Source of the DNA: Microthyrium microscopicum
Taxonomy: Eukaryota
NCBI GenBank assembly: GCA_010405405.1
Contig: MU004234.1
Span: forward strand, 354,993 to 418,992
DNA length: 64,000 nucleotides
Direction of reading: 5' to 3'
Within the stretch, counting starts at the first letter, position 1. Each line of letters opens with the position of its first letter. The position numbers and the translations under genes were made by a program. Positions 46,466-62,066 of this stretch are shown here, piece after piece. The notes beneath the pieces are model-generated. The model was not told where the DNA came from. It saw only the letters and a program-made list of their open reading frames with translations, and did no database searches.

Positions 46466-47559
46466 TGTCACGGGAACCAAACCCTAACCCTAAGCACGAA
46501 CCACATGGCCCGTGCCCCTAGAGGACATATCCTCCACCAGAGTAGCAGTAGAACAAACCTTAAAGTTTATTTCTTAATTATATTACTATACTACTACTAT
46601 ATTAGCTCTATAACTATAATATAAATAAACTTCTACTATAATTATATAAGTAAGTTAAAATTTTACTTTTATAAAAAAATTTTTATCTTACGCGTTTAAT
46701 AGTAAGAAGACTAGACTTATAGCTCTCTAAGTATATAGACTACTTACTTATTCCTTATTTACTAGAAAGCTAGTATAATTAAAATCTAATAGACCTAAAA
46801 CTATAAATCCTAATCTTAATACCTTATTACTAGTACTAAGACTTTATAAAGCCTACGCTAGTAGAGGCTAGTCCTACTAATATTATTTACCTCTTACTTT
46901 AGAGTAAATAATTTAATAATTTCTTACTATATACTCTATATTATCCTTATAATATAGCAAACTATTATCTTATAGTTATTTATAAGATATTTATAATAGT
47001 CTATATACTTTACTACTACTAGACTTAACTTAGCTAGTTATAGTAAATATTTACGATCTAGATTTATAGTAGCAATATAAGACTATAATAGAGATTAAAA
47101 AAAAGAAGAAGAAGTAAGCGTTATAGAAAGCTCTAAAGAAAAAGAATTACCTATTAGTAGAAGGTTTATAAGATAATTTATAAGCTCTAATAAATAACTT
47201 ATTATAGTTAGAAATAGAGCTACTATATAGGGGTAGAGATACTTAAGAAACCTTATAGAATTTAGAGTAAGAGTAAGAAGGTAGTAAGTACTATAAGCGC
47301 TTACTATATATAGAAGATTCTAATATTAAAGATAAATTAAAATTACTAGAGAGTAAGGATAGCTTAGAAAAAGAGTAAGAATAAGGATATAAAAAGTACT
47401 ATTAGCGTAATTTAGGTCTTTACTATATTAGCCTTAGCTAAGAAGAAGGTATTTTTGTTAGCTACAAAATTAATAGTAATATTTACTTAGTTTATCTAAG
47501 TTTAAAAAAAGATTTAATATAAGATATTAAGGAGGCGCTAAAATACTAGTAAGAAATTT

Positions 47560-50500
47560 TATTACGAACCCTTATGGACTTACTATAGAGGCATAGGTAT
47601 TTTACTACCTCCTTACTTACTCTACTCTTATAGTACGCTATAGGAAGGCTCTTTACTAGTAAACTACTAGGTTAATATAAATAGTGCCTACCCTTTACTA
47701 TAATAAGATAAAGCTAAAATAGAGCTAAGAATAAAAAGGAGAGGTAGCTTTACTAAAGAGAAGATAGAAAGGAGTATAAGTAAAGAGATAAACTTAATCT
47801 CTTAGAAGATTAAGTATTAGTCTTATCTTAATACTAGTTCTTAAAATCTATTTTCCTTACTTTAAATTATCCTTTATAATTCTAATACTTTTTAATATAC
47901 TATATAGTAATAAGCCTAATAGATTCTTATAATAATAAGGAGTATAAGGAACTTTAATAAAGGCTAAAATAGAGATAAAAATAAAGATAAAGACCTAAAT
48001 AATAACTTAGATAACAACTTAGATAATAACTTAAGTTAATATAATAGCCTACTACTACTAATAGACCTAGAAGCTACTTTAGCTACCCTTTATATAGTAA
48101 TAGCTTAAATTAATAAATAAGAATAGATACGTATAGCTAAAACGTAATAGCTTCGTAATAAGATTATAGCCTTATTATAAACCTTATAATAGAATCCTTC
48201 TTCTCCTTTTTAACTAAAAGAACTAAAACTTACTAACCTTATAGTTCTTTAATATAAGACTTAATAAGAACTTATTAACTAGACTATAGGTATAGAAAAC
48301 GTTTTCTATTTAGTACTCTCTTAATTTACTATATAAGAAAGCTATATTAAATAGGCTAGCTAGTTTATAAGTCCTAATCTATAAACTTAATAGAACCTAA
48401 AGAAGAAGAAGATTAAGCTACTAACTTAGACTTAGGAGAAGTTTATAGAATAGCTTTAATATTAATATGCTTACTTTACTATAGCTAAACTTTTAGTTAC
48501 TAAGAAACTTAAAGAAGCTAAGTAGCGCTCTACCTAGACTTCTATAAAGTTTAATACTTACTTAAACTTATTAGAGACCTAACTTAGTATTAATATAACT
48601 TATAAAGAAAATAAATAATACTTAAAATTCTTTACTAAGCTAACCCTAAAACTATAGAAATAGATTAAATTAATAAAGTATATCCTAACTACTAGACTTA
48701 ATATAGTTAATACTACTAAATGCTTTTAGTAGATTACTTATAAGTACTTATAAAAAGATCTATTAGGTAACGTTAATTCTTAACCCCCCTAATTAAATTA
48801 TAATCTATAAGGTAGCTAAGGTAAATAATAAGGGCGTAAAAGTTATATAGAATATATGCTATTAACTTACTTATTAGTAAGTATAAAGCCTAAAAAAGAT
48901 AGTAAAACGTATAAGAGAATTACCTATTATAATTATAATTTATTTAGATATTATATAAATAAGTATAATAAGCCTCTAAGAGGCCCTTAGGCTACTTAAG
49001 GATAAGAAAGATTCTTAAGATATAAAGGCTAGAGAAGGAACCTAAATACTATCTCTTTCTTATTAAAATCTAAAACTAACCTAAGAAAAAAGTAAGTATC
49101 GTAAGAATTAAGAACCCTATCTTTATAATACTAGATTAAACTATAGGAGTATAGATTTAGATAATAGCTAATCTTTCTCTTACTATAGAAAACTAATTTA
49201 TAAACGTTTTCTTAAATACTAGTAGTTAAATTAATATTATTAATAAATAACTTACGTAACGCTATAGCCTTAAGAAAGTAACTATAGAAAGTATCTAAGC
49301 TATAAATTTTACTAATAATATAATAAAAAGTAAATATTATAATATATATTAGCTACGTTTTTATTATAAGGACTCTTCTAGTATCTATAAGAATATTAAA
49401 TACTATTTCTTTTCTTTTAATTAGACTAAATATATTTACTCTATAGTATAAGAAACTCCTTTATAAGAGAAATATAATATTTTTATCTACTTAGAGTAGA
49501 AGAAGTAGCTATTTAGGAAAGAGAAGCTAAAATATAAAATTATAGATTAAAGTATATTTAAGGAAGGGCTATAAGAATATAGTAAGGTATTTAAACTAAC
49601 TATAAAATTTAATAAGTACCTATACTTAAATAATAAGAAAGTAGAGATCTCTAGTATTAGCTTTAAGCTAAGCTTATAAGTAAATATTAATCTAGAGAAT
49701 AGACTACTATAAGAGCTATAAGATTTAGCCTCTTAAGTTAAGGCTAGGGATAAGAATAAACTTATCTCTAAAGGTATTAAATATACTATTAAGATAACTA
49801 TAGACCCTTCTTTTAGACCTATTTATAACTTATTAGTAACGAAACTTAAGGCACTATAAGAATACCTTAACTTAGTCCTTATAAAAGGCTAAATTTAGGA
49901 ATTAACTAGCTTAGCTAAAGTACTTATATTCTTTATACCTAAAAAGGATAAAGAATTATAACTTTACGTAAATTACTACCTACTTAATATAGTTACTATT
50001 AAGAACTATTACCTACTTCCTTTAATAAGCAAGATATTAGATTAACTTAGTAGAGTAGTATACTATACTAAAATAAACCTTAAGGATGCCTATACTTAAA
50101 TACTTGTTAGAGAATAAAATTAATAAAAGATAGTATTCTATACTTAGTATAGATACTATAAATACTAAATTATACTTTTTAGACTTACTAATACTTTAAC
50201 TATATTCTAAGCCTATATTTATAAAGCATTAGTAAGACTCTTAGATATTATCTATATTATTTATCTTAATAATATTCTTATTTTCTCTAAAACGTATAAA
50301 GATTACGTTTATAACGTATATACTATATTAGAATACTTACTAGCTACTAAGCTTTATACTAATTCTAAGAAGTATTAATTTTTTACTAATAAGGTAGAAT
50401 TCCTTAGTTTTATAGTCTCTATAAAAGGAGTAAAAATAAATTTTAGTTAAGTTAAGTTTATTACAAAGTAGCTAAAACTTAAGAGCTATAATAATATATA

Positions 50501-53500
50501 AGTATTTATTAGCTTTATAAATTTCTACTATAGGTTTATTAAAGGCTACTTAAAAGTAGTAAAATTCTTAACTAACTTATTTAAAAATATATAATTTAGA
50601 AGGAAATATAAACCTTTTATCTAGATAAAAAAAGTAGCGTAAGTATTTTATATGCTCTACGTAGCTTTTAATAAAGCTTCTATCCTTATATATTTTAACC
50701 TAAAGAAAAGGATTTACCTTAAGACTAATACGTCCTAGTATACTATTATAAGTATCCTTTCCTAGCTATAGAAAGATAACTAATAGTACCTTATTACTTT
50801 CTAATTAAGGAAATTAATAAAGGCTAAGATTAACTATTAAACCTATAATTAGGAGCTCCTTACTATTATTAAGGCTATAAAATATTAATAATATTACCTT
50901 AAGGGTAGTTACTACCTTATTAAGATTCTAACTAACTATAATAACCTAGTAGGGTTTATAAAATAAAAGAACTTAAATAGGCGCTAAGTATAATAAGTAA
51001 TTATATTAGTAAAGTATAACTTCTATATTAAGTATTAAAGTAAAAAGATAAATCTTATAGATATACTATTAAGATAACTTAACTATACTACTATAGAATA
51101 AGCTATAAATAACTTACTACTTATTTTTTAGAAGAAACTAGGACTCTTCTTAAAGGAGAAATAGAAAAAGCTAATTTTTATAAATAGTCTTAAGCTAATA
51201 AAGTAACTTACTAATAAGACGCTAATAATAAATAAATATAACCTTATAAATAAGATATCTAATATTAAGTATTACCTAGTACTAAACGTACTAAGGATAA
51301 GTAAGATACTTTATAAGTAAATAAGTAGCTAAAATGCTATAAGTAAAGAGAGTAAAGACTTCCTTAGCTTTTAAAAAGTAGTTACTATTTTAGACTATAT
51401 TTATATCTTAAGAACTATAGTAAAAAAAATAATATAAGACCTATATATTATAAATAGAGAAGCTCTAGATACGCTAATTATCTTAGTCTAAGTTATTTAA
51501 GATAGTAATAAAAAACTTAGACGTATCTAAGAAGTACTTAATACGTAGCTAAAGTCTAAAGAGACTTAATAGCTAAAGAATACTTAGTTAGTCTAAAGAG
51601 ACTACCTTTACTATAAAAGCTAACTATATATACCTTATAAGCTTACTTTAAGAGATAAACTCTTAGTAATATACTATAATAATCTACTAGTAAAATACTT
51701 AAGGATTTAAGGTACTATAAAACTACTTTATAAATAGTTTTACTAGCTAAAAATAAAAAAGAATATATAAGTATATATAAAGACTTATCTAGTCTACTAA
51801 AGAATAAAAGTAAGATAGTATTAACTCTATAGTAAGTTAAAGTCTCTACCTTAACTAATCTAACTATAGTAAAAAATTATTATAGACTTTATTATAAGTT
51901 TATTACTTTATAAATATAAACTTATAATATTTAATACTATACTAGTAATTATAAATTAATATATTAAATAAATAAGGTATATTAAAACTATAAAAGATAT
52001 AATTACTAAAAAGCTAGTAGAACTTATAGAAAAAAGAGTTTTCTTAAAAAAAGACCTACTAGTAGGTATTATATTAAATAAAGGATCTATCTTTATAAAT
52101 AAATTTTAAACTAAACTATACTAGGCAAGAAAGATAAAATATAAGTTATCTATAGCCTAATATTTATAAACTAATAGCTAGACTAAGTAATAAAACTTAG
52201 TACTAAAATATTACCTATAAGCCTTTACTATTAAAAACTAGATAAACTAGTTAAGCCTCCTATCTATAGTATAATAAATAATAAATACGTCTTATAATAA
52301 GATACTTAACTATATTCTAAATATAACTAAAATAGGATATAAATTAACCCTCTTAGTAGACTTCTTTATAAACCCTAAAGATAGGCTTAAAGAAGAGGAA
52401 AGTAAAGTAGTAATAGTAAAGTAAAGAGTAGTAAAAATAGAATAAGACTAAGAAAAGATAGTAGAACGCTAAGAAAAAGTAGTAAAATACTAAGCTAAGT
52501 TTTATAATAAGAAGTATACTCTAATATTATTTTATATAGAAAATAAGGTCCTACTATTAATAGAAAATATTAAACTTAAACTACTAAGTAAAAAGCTAGC
52601 TCTTTACTATATAGAACTATTTAGTATCTAAGACGTAGTTAGAGAATAAGCTTACTAACTAAACCTCTTAATAAGCTACTAAATCTATAATGTCTTTTAT
52701 ATATTTAAACTTAAGCTATATTATTAAAGAGAAGGTTAAAAAGAACTAAAGCTCTTTATAGCTATTAAGCTAAAAGATAAAGAGAAATAAGAGATAAAAG
52801 CTATCTTAGATAAAAGGAAATAGAAAGAAAAAGTTAAATACTTTATTTATTAGTAAAGCTATTCCTTAATTTATAATTCTTAAGAATAAGAAGAAGACTA
52901 TAAGAACGTATAAGACTTAATTAAGGTTTTTAAAGAAGCTAGTAGACTTAAGCTTACTATTATAAAGAAAAGAAAAAGAGAAGAATAAAACTATAAAGAA
53001 AAGCATTATAAGAAAGAGAAGATTTTTATATACTTTTTATTTACTATAGAAAAGTAACTAATTAGTAGAATAAAAAATAAAAAACTAAAAATAGAAATAG
53101 TAAAAATTATAGCTAAGTAAACTACTAGTAAGACATAAATAAAACCTAAATAAAATTAAGGAGTTTTATAAGAAACTAGTAGGCTAGTACTATAAAAAAA
53201 AAGGACTCTTTTTTATAAAGATAAAAGAAGCAAATTACTAGTAAATATAATAAAAAATAAGAATTTTTCCTAAATGCTATAACTATAAATAGTAAGTTAA
53301 TAAAAAGGCTAGTTTTAAAAGATATTAAGACTAGTAACCTATGCCTAAAGAAATAAATAAATATAGTATTTACGTAACTAAAATATAACTTAATTACTAG
53401 ACTCTAACTTTATATATTAAGACGCTATAACTTTAAAAATAGGCATTAAATACTATTAGTTACTCTAAGACTACTAGGAAAAGAGTACGTAATAAATATA

Positions 53501-56331
53501 GCTAAAGTAATTAGCGTACTATTAGTAAATAAATAAGTAAGTAAAGAAATATTATAAGTTATAAGCACTATAGGCGTAGAAAGAGAATAAAAATAGCTAG
53601 GATTAGTATTAATAGAATTAATACTACTATCTAAGTTATAGTAAGTAGTTACTCTACTAGTAGTATAACGCTACTAGAATTAGTAAAAAGAATAAGCTAT
53701 TTTATTAGTATATTAAGCCTAAGCCTAGGTAGCTAAAGAAGAGCTATAAAAGGGCAATATAGTCTCTTTATTAAACTACTTAGTTTATATATTACTTACC
53801 TTCTTATCCTTAACTTCCTCTATAGTAGGTAGATATACTATAAAGTATAAGGTACTAACGTTTAGGATAAATTTAAGAAGTACGTAAGCTCTAAATATAG
53901 TAATATCCTCTCTATTTTAGACTAAAGGAGATAAGAAGTAAACGTAAAAATAATTACTCTACGTAGATAGACTACTAGTAAGTAAAGATAATAAAGAGTT
54001 ATTAGTAGTAAAACCTAGCTCTTAGTAAGAATTAAGTAGTTTAAAGCTTTCTAAGTAGATTCCTATAAGCTAAATAGGTACTTAAACCTACGACTAAGTA
54101 TAGGATATAAGTAAAAGATAATTCTAAGAATAATAGTTAGTAAGAATATAACTTATAAATAAAACGTAAAAGAACCTATATTAAGATACTAAATATTATT
54201 AGTCTATTCTAGTATATCTCTAATATAACTAAGTATAACGTAAATATAGAATACTATATCTAAGGCTATAAAATAGCTATAGCCTCCTAGGTAACCCTCT
54301 ATATAATACTAAGCTATAATAAAAGTATTATAAGCTTATTAACGACGCGTTAACTCTTTATTATAGATATAGTATATATTACTACGCTAATAAAACTTAA
54401 TAAAAAAACCTAAAAGCGTAATAACTATAATAAAACTTATAAAGTTAAGAAACGTAAGGTAGATACGTAAGTAGATTAAGTTATTTATAATCTTATTAAA
54501 GACTATAAGTATTTAAATAAAGGTTAGTACGTAAGCTATATCTAAGTTACTAATAAGATACTTATAATATTATAATAGTACTTCTAGTAAGTATAGTAAT
54601 AGTATTTAGTAAAGTTATCCTTATAACTATATATAGTACTTTATAGGATATAGCTACTATTAAGATAATAATAAACTATATTATTAATAATATTCTATAA
54701 ATATTAGAAGTAATATAAGAAAAGAAGTAAAGTAAGTATAACTTAAGAGCAAGATATAATCTAAGTAACATTCTATAAAGATATAAGTTAGTAAAAGAAT
54801 TAGGTAAGTTGCTTATAATATATTTACTATAAAGGCCTACTATTAAGTAGTCTAGGCTATAAGACCTAAATCTATATTTCCTAGCTTACTAAGTAAGTTA
54901 TCTAACTTAGACTCTTTATTATCTAAAAATAACGTATAGGGTAGCGTAAGAGTACTTTAGTAAGTAGTCTACTTCTTAATTATAAGATAAGTAATAGATA
55001 GTTATAAAAGCTTTAGTAATAAAGTATCTTTATAATAATATTTTTTATTAGCCTAAGAGGCACGTAAAGTATAGGTTAGCTATAAAGTAGGGTTAGTAAT
55101 TAAGTTAATTATAGTAGTATTAAGAAGTACTTAGAGTAAGTAATAAAAGCTATTAATACTATATTAAGCTAAATAAGAAATAAATAATAGATTAGTACTA
55201 GTAATAATATAGCTTAAGGGTAATAAGACATAAGGGGTTAATAAGCCTCCCTAAGACTTTAAGAGGGCTGCTTAGTTAGCAAGTTAGACTAAGTTATAAT
55301 TACGTAACTTAAGCCTCTTAAGGACGCGCTAAGGACCCTATGAAGTATAAAGAGTAATAGAACGCTAGTAAGTTATATGCTTAGAAAGTTAGTTACTATA
55401 TTATTAAGATTATTAAAACTCCTAAAAGGTATAATATATTTCTAAAGAATAATTGCCTAAGTTAAGATTAACTAATTACTTACTCTCTTATGAATTACTA
55501 TTATTAATAAAGTCGTTATTATTAAAGGAATTAATGTTAATAAGGTCCTAATAGGACGAACTATTACTATGTAAATTACTAAAATAATAATAAGAAGATA
55601 TTATAAGAGAATAATTAAAACGCTATTAAAATGTACGTTAAAAAGCTAAAAATATTAAAGATAGGTAAAGAGAGTATAAATAAAGTATAGAAAAAGTATA
55701 AGTTAAATTAAGGACTTTAAAGAAACATAGTTTTAAAAACTTTTAAGATTTTAGGTAGGTAATATACTTATAAATTACTTATAAGAAGAAAAGATTATAA
55801 TATTAAGAAGATAGAGTATTATAGTTTTAAAATATTTTAGTATTATATATATGCATAATACTATTATAATAAATAGAGTTATTATTACCTATATAGTAGG
55901 TACTATAGTAACTCTAGAGGCAAGAATACTATAGATTAAGACTATATTTACTAAAAGAGGAAGGCATAATAGCTAAGTTATTAAAGGTAACTTCCTTTAG
56001 AAGAGAAAACTCTATTATAAACTTTTATAAACTTATTATAAAGATGTAGGTATCTTACTATCTCCTTACTTACTCTACTTTTATAATACGCTATAAGAAG
56101 GCTCTTTACTAATAAACTACTAAGTTAACGTAGATAGTATTTATCCTCTACTATAATAAGACGAAGCTAAAATAGAGCTAAGGATAAGAAGAAAAGATAA
56201 CTTTACTAAAGAGGAAACAGAGAAGAGCATAAGTAAAGAGATAGACTTAATCTCTTAGAAGATTAAGTATTAGTCTTATCTTAATACTAGTTCTTAGAAT
56301 CTATTTCCCTTGCTTTAAACTATCCTTTATA
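47560..56331 (+). mobile_element. Ty3/gypsy chromovirus B nested in element A, RIPped
   Basis: 319-bp LTRs 47560-47878 and 56013-56331; TSD AATTT at 47555-47559 and 56332-56336; purine tract before the 3' LTR. De-RIP YLDD (~50262), TDGQTE integrase (~52170) and chromodomain E.EAILDKR..YL..W.GY....SW (~52785-52885). Confidence 0.92.
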
Positions 56332-59300
56332 AATTTATTATAAAGTAGTACGTTATAATTTAGAGCAAGATATTATAAAGGATTATCTAGTAATAATAAA
56401 AGTAAATAATATATAAAATCTAAAGCTTTATAAGTAAGAATATGTAGATCTATAGGTCTAAGTAAAGAAATATTAGAATATAAAGCACGCTTATTATAAT
56501 TTAGTAAAAGAGTATACTAAAGAAGTAGACTAGTTATCTACGTAAGTTAATACTCTATATAAATAATTAGCTACTCTTAAGACGTAAAGTTCTAGTTAAG
56601 TATAAGAGAAATAGAAGGAAAAGGCTAACAAAATTAATTCTAATATAGAAGTTCTAATTTACTTATTATTATGTTTATAAAAGCTTAATTACGCTAATCT
56701 ATATATATCTAGCGCTTATACCTTAGCTATACCTAGTATTATTCTATTAGAAGTAAAAGTATTCCTAAAGCATAAATAGCTTAGTAATATCTTAGAATTT
56801 AGTAATAAAGAAGATAATAACTATAAAGTATAGAAAGACTAAGTTCTTTAAAAGTTCTAGATAGATAAAGCTTAGTTTCCTACTAACTAGGATAAGCTAG
56901 ATTACTTAGTAGACTATATTAAGAACAACGTATAAAAAATATTTCTATAGGAATTATAGCTATCCTCTCTATGCTACTTTATAACTCTAAATTAGCTATA
57001 GGCTACTTTTAATAAAGAGTTTTAGCAAAGTAAAACTAATTATAATTTCAAAGCTTTATAGACTCTATATTTAAATAGCTACGCTTAGAAAGATAAAAAG
57101 ACTATTATATAGTACTAGTAATAACTCTATATACTTACCTAAGACGTATCTAGTATAGATAATATTAGCCTAATTAATTATTTCCTATTAAGTCTATAGT
57201 AGAGCATCTATTACGTTATTAATAATAGTATTTATTATAAAGGTTTAAATAGACTCTTTTACTAAGCTAAGGTTATAGAAGTAACTCTAAATACGAAATA
57301 TACTAAAAAAGCAACGTAGGAAAAGCTCTTAAAAAAGTTATCTAGTAATAGGTTAAAATTATAAGATAATAATAATAAAGATAGCAAAGATAATAAAGGT
57401 AATATAAAGAAGAACTCCTTAAAAAATAAGGATTTCTTAAAATTACATAAGAAGGAAATACGCAAGCTTACTTAAAAGAATAATTTATACTTTAAATATA
57501 CTAAACCTAATTATTATACTAACGATAAGAAGCTACCCTATAAGAGTAAAGAGTCTCTTTCCTACGAAGCCTTTAAGAAGGCAGTTATAAACTATAAGCT
57601 AAAGAATTTTACTACTTACGTTAAGGACATAGAGAATAAATATAACTTAAAGAATTCTTTAAACTAGAAAGCTAGGTAGCTAGTCTTTAGCCTAATAGCC
57701 TAACTTAACTACTAAGGAACCTATTTATAAGAATTTTACTATTTACTCTTATAGATAAAAAGACGTTATAGATATTAAAATAGTAAGACTTCTCTTATTA
57801 TATTTATAACTAGGAGAGAAAGTTCGTTAAGAGCTAGATATTATTAAATACTAGTATATCTTATATTTTTATTAATAAGAAGCTTATTTATTAACTAAAA
57901 CTAGATAAAGTGAAATTATAAATACTAAAAGTAATAAGAGTTATAAATAAGAATTATAGTAAGCTAGAGTTTATAGCTTATATACTACTATTAATTAAAG
58001 ACTATTATAATAAAGCCTAGGCTTATATTACTCTTATTACTTACTTTAATATTATTATAGGTATAAAATAGCTAAAAGAGTATAATTCGTACCTAGATTT
58101 TAAGAATAAGATAATAACTTTTAATTCTAACTATTATATAGATTATTATATCTAAGAGGGTTATTTATTTATCTATTATTATAATAGTAAAGTAGTTCGC
58201 CTAGATTTACTTAATTTAGAACTATATAATATTAAAATATACTCTATAATAGCTATAGCTACTCTCCTATACTAAAGTACCTACTCTATAGCTTTTACTA
58301 CTATAGAAGATATTTATAACTAAGTTATTAACGTAACTAACTAGTTAAAAGAAGTAGATATATTTAACTAACTAGAAGAGGTAGATATATATACTACTAT
58401 AGTAGATTATAATAAGTTCTTTAAGAAGTTAAAAAAGGAATATCCTACTATAAAGTATCTCTAGACTTAGATTCTTTATTATCTAAGTAACCTTATAAGT
58501 CTATAGAACCTTTAAGAAGTATAGAAGGTACTACCCTATTACCTAAGAGTAGATTATAAAATCTACTTAGAAGATAGAGTAAAGCTACTATCTTCTAAAG
58601 CTTAGGAAATATTACTATAATAGATAAAAGCTATTAAAGTGTATATTAATAATATAATTAAGAAAAAGTATATTTATCTAAGTATATTAGAATATAGCTT
58701 ACTACTAGTTATAGTAAGTAAGCTAAGAAGAAATATTTATGTCTATATAGATTATTAAGTACTAAATAACCTTATAATTAAAAATTATAACGCTCTGCCT
58801 TTAATAAGTAAGATATTTAATCTAGTAGTAAAGGTAAGATATTATACTAAGCTTAACGTTATTATTATATTTAATAAGATTTAAGTTACTAAAGGATATA
58901 AAAAAAAGACTATATTTTTAATAAGATTTAGGTTATTTAAGTACTTAATTATACCTATAAAGCTTACTAACGTACTAGTAACTTTTTAGAAATATATTAA
59001 TAGTATTTTATACGACTTATTAAATATATATTATATAGCTTATATTAATAACGTTCTAATTTATAGTAATATGCTAGAAGAATATAAGCGCTATATTTAC
59101 TAGGTCTATAAGAAGCTCTAGTAAGTAGAGCTCTACTTAGATATTAATAAGTATAAGTTTACTATCTAGTAATTAAAATATCTTAGAATTATTCTTTTAC
59201 CTAATAGAATTAAAATAGATATAAAGAAAGTTAATATAATTATTAATATACTACTACCTTAATCTACTAAAAAAGTTTATTATTTCTTAGGTATAGGTAA

Positions 59301-61992
59301 TTTCTATTATTAGTTTATAAAAGGGTATTTAGTAATTATAGTACTACTAGTTAACTTAACTATAAGTAGTATAAAGAAATTTATTTTTCTTTAGAAGTTA
59401 GATAGCGTTAAGCAAAAGAGTTTTAATAAATTAAAGAAAATATTTATAATAGTGCCTATCTTAAAATATTTTAATCTAGACTTTAAAACTTAGGTTTATT
59501 TTAATACCTTAGATTTTATAACTAGCGCTATACTATCTTAGAAGCATAATAATTAGCTCTACTTAGTAGTATTCCTCTCTAAAAAGATATTATTAGTAAA
59601 AACGAATTATAAAATATATAATAAAGAATTACTTACTATAATTCACGTATTTAAGGAATAGAACCTAGAGTTATTAGGAATAAATAACCTAATTAAGGTC
59701 GTTATAAACTATAAGAACCTTAAATAGTTTATAATATTAAAATGCCTAAATTAGTAATAAGCCTAGTAAGCTAAGTTTTTATCTAAGTTTAACTTTAAAA
59801 TCTTATATACCTTAGGCGTATAGAATAAAGTAGTAGATATACTATCTAAGCCGCTAAGTAATATACTAAAAGAGGAAGATATTTAGTAGACTTAAATAAT
59901 ATAATAGATCCTAAGAGCTTATTATTTTAATAAGAATCTATATTAAGACATAAGATGTACGAAAGAACTAGCTAAAATAGTATTAGATAACTAGAAGATA
60001 AATATCCTAAACTTAGCTAAAATAGTTTATAAAGAGATTATTTATAGAAATAAGGACGCTAGTATTAGAACTAAGGATAAGATATGAACTAGAATTCCTA
60101 TAGACGACTAAAAGGCTAAAAGTATTAAGAATAGTTATACTAAAGTTAAGAAAGGCTTAGTAGAATTAGATCTTAAGAATTATTAAAGTATTCTTAAGCT
60201 AGTAAAGAATAATTACTTAAAAGATAAAGAACTCTAGAGCCTTATTATAATACAAAAGTAAAAAATATAGTATCTATTATTAGAACTATTTAAGAAAGGC
60301 TATTACCTAGAGATATTAGATTTATTAATTTAGAATAAGCTCTTATACGTAAAAGATTAGCTATTTATTTCTACTAGTTATATGTATTAAGAAGTATTAA
60401 AAGTATCTTATAATTTATTAATAGGTAGCTATATAAGTTATAACGTCCTATATAAGTATATTACTTAGTTATATTATTAGCCTTATATTATAAAGGATAT
60501 TATAAATTATATAGTAAAGTATATTAAGTATAAAAGAATTAAGCTATTTAAAATAACGAAGTAGAGCTTACTTTACTAACTACTAATACCTATAAGATAC
60601 TAGGTAGATATTAGTATAGATTTTATTACTTTACTACTAAAGTATTATTATACTAGCTAAGTATATAAATATATAATAGTTATAGTAAACTAGCTAAGTA
60701 AGTTAAGATAGTATATACTATTAGATAGCTTAGAAATTAAAGTAGTTATTTAAGGGTTTATAGATTATATATAGCGTTTAGAAGGCTATTTAGATATAAT
60801 AGTTTCTAATAGAAGCTCTTAGTTTATTTCTAAGGTTTAGTAGCACTTATATACCTAAATTAGAACTAAGCTAAAGCTTTCTATATTATTCTACCTAGAG
60901 ACTAATAGCTAGACTAAAATTATAAATATAGGGTTAAAGTAGTACTTATAGGCTTATATTAATTATTAGTAGAATAATTAGGTAGACTAGCTACTAATTA
61001 CTAAATTTAAAGCTAATTCTAATATTAATAAATTAACTAAGCTAGTACTATTCTTAGCTATAAAAGGGTATTTTCTAAAGAATAGTATTAAAGCTATTCT
61101 TAAGGTTATAGAAGCTCTATATAGAGCTCTATACTTAAAAGTTAAGTAAGTAGATAAAATAGCTAAGTATATTTACTAATTAAAAGACTTTCTATATTAG
61201 TAGCTAGCTTAGACCTAAGAGAAGGTTATAAAAGTAGTAAATAAGAAGTAAATACTAGTAGAAGTCTTAAAAGTAGAAGACTAAGTAATATTAAATATAC
61301 GTAATATTACTATAACTTATCCTACTTAGTCTCTAGACTTAAAAAATATAAGTCCTTTTTAAGTAATCTAAGTAATTAATAATATAGCTTATAAGTTAAA
61401 GCTTCCTTTATATTTTAATATATTCCTAATATTCTACCCTTAGCTTTTATATAGAGTAAATCCTTCTATAAAAGAGCTAGATTAGAGAAGTACTTAAGCT
61501 ATTAAAGGTTATAAACGTTAAGGTACTTAAGTTAAGAAAGTTATTAATTTAAAGCTTAATAAAAAGTAAAAAGACTTAATTATAAATAAGAAGCTATACT
61601 TATTTTATAAAGCTAAGTATAAAGAATAGAATAGTTAGAATAAAAACCTAGTATAAAAACTATAATATTTCTTCCTAGATTATCTAGATAAAGTTAATAA
61701 GTTCTATAAAGATAATTTAAAAAAGCCTAGACTATATAAGTAATATTAAATATAGGACGATAGTAAAGAGTTACTTTAGCTACTAAGAGTATAAATTAAT
61801 TATTTAACTCTTAAAGACTAAGACTAAAGACTAAGGCTAGCACTACTAAGATAGACATCTTCTAGTTTAATAGAGAGGATACGCTAAGTAACTAGCTATT
61901 AGAGTTAGTTATTAAGAACGATAATTTATCCTCGTAAGAGGCTATAGACTCATTATCGCTATAGTGTCTTAAAGCCTACCTAGCTCACGTCT

Positions 61993-62066
61993 AGAGGTTA
62001 AGAGTTTAGAGAGGTTAAGAGTTTAGAGAGGTTAAGAGTTTAGAGAGGTTAAGAGTTTAGAGAGGT
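61993..62066 (+). repeat. Tandem repeat, 4+ copies of 17 bp AGAGGTTAAGAGTTTAG, in the 3' region of element A
   Basis: Exact copies at 61993, 62010, 62027 and 62044, plus a partial copy. Confidence 0.9.

Noticed and set aside
57262..57465. 67-aa hydrophobic minus-strand ORF
   Set aside because: Antisense by-product of the RIPped gag region of element A.
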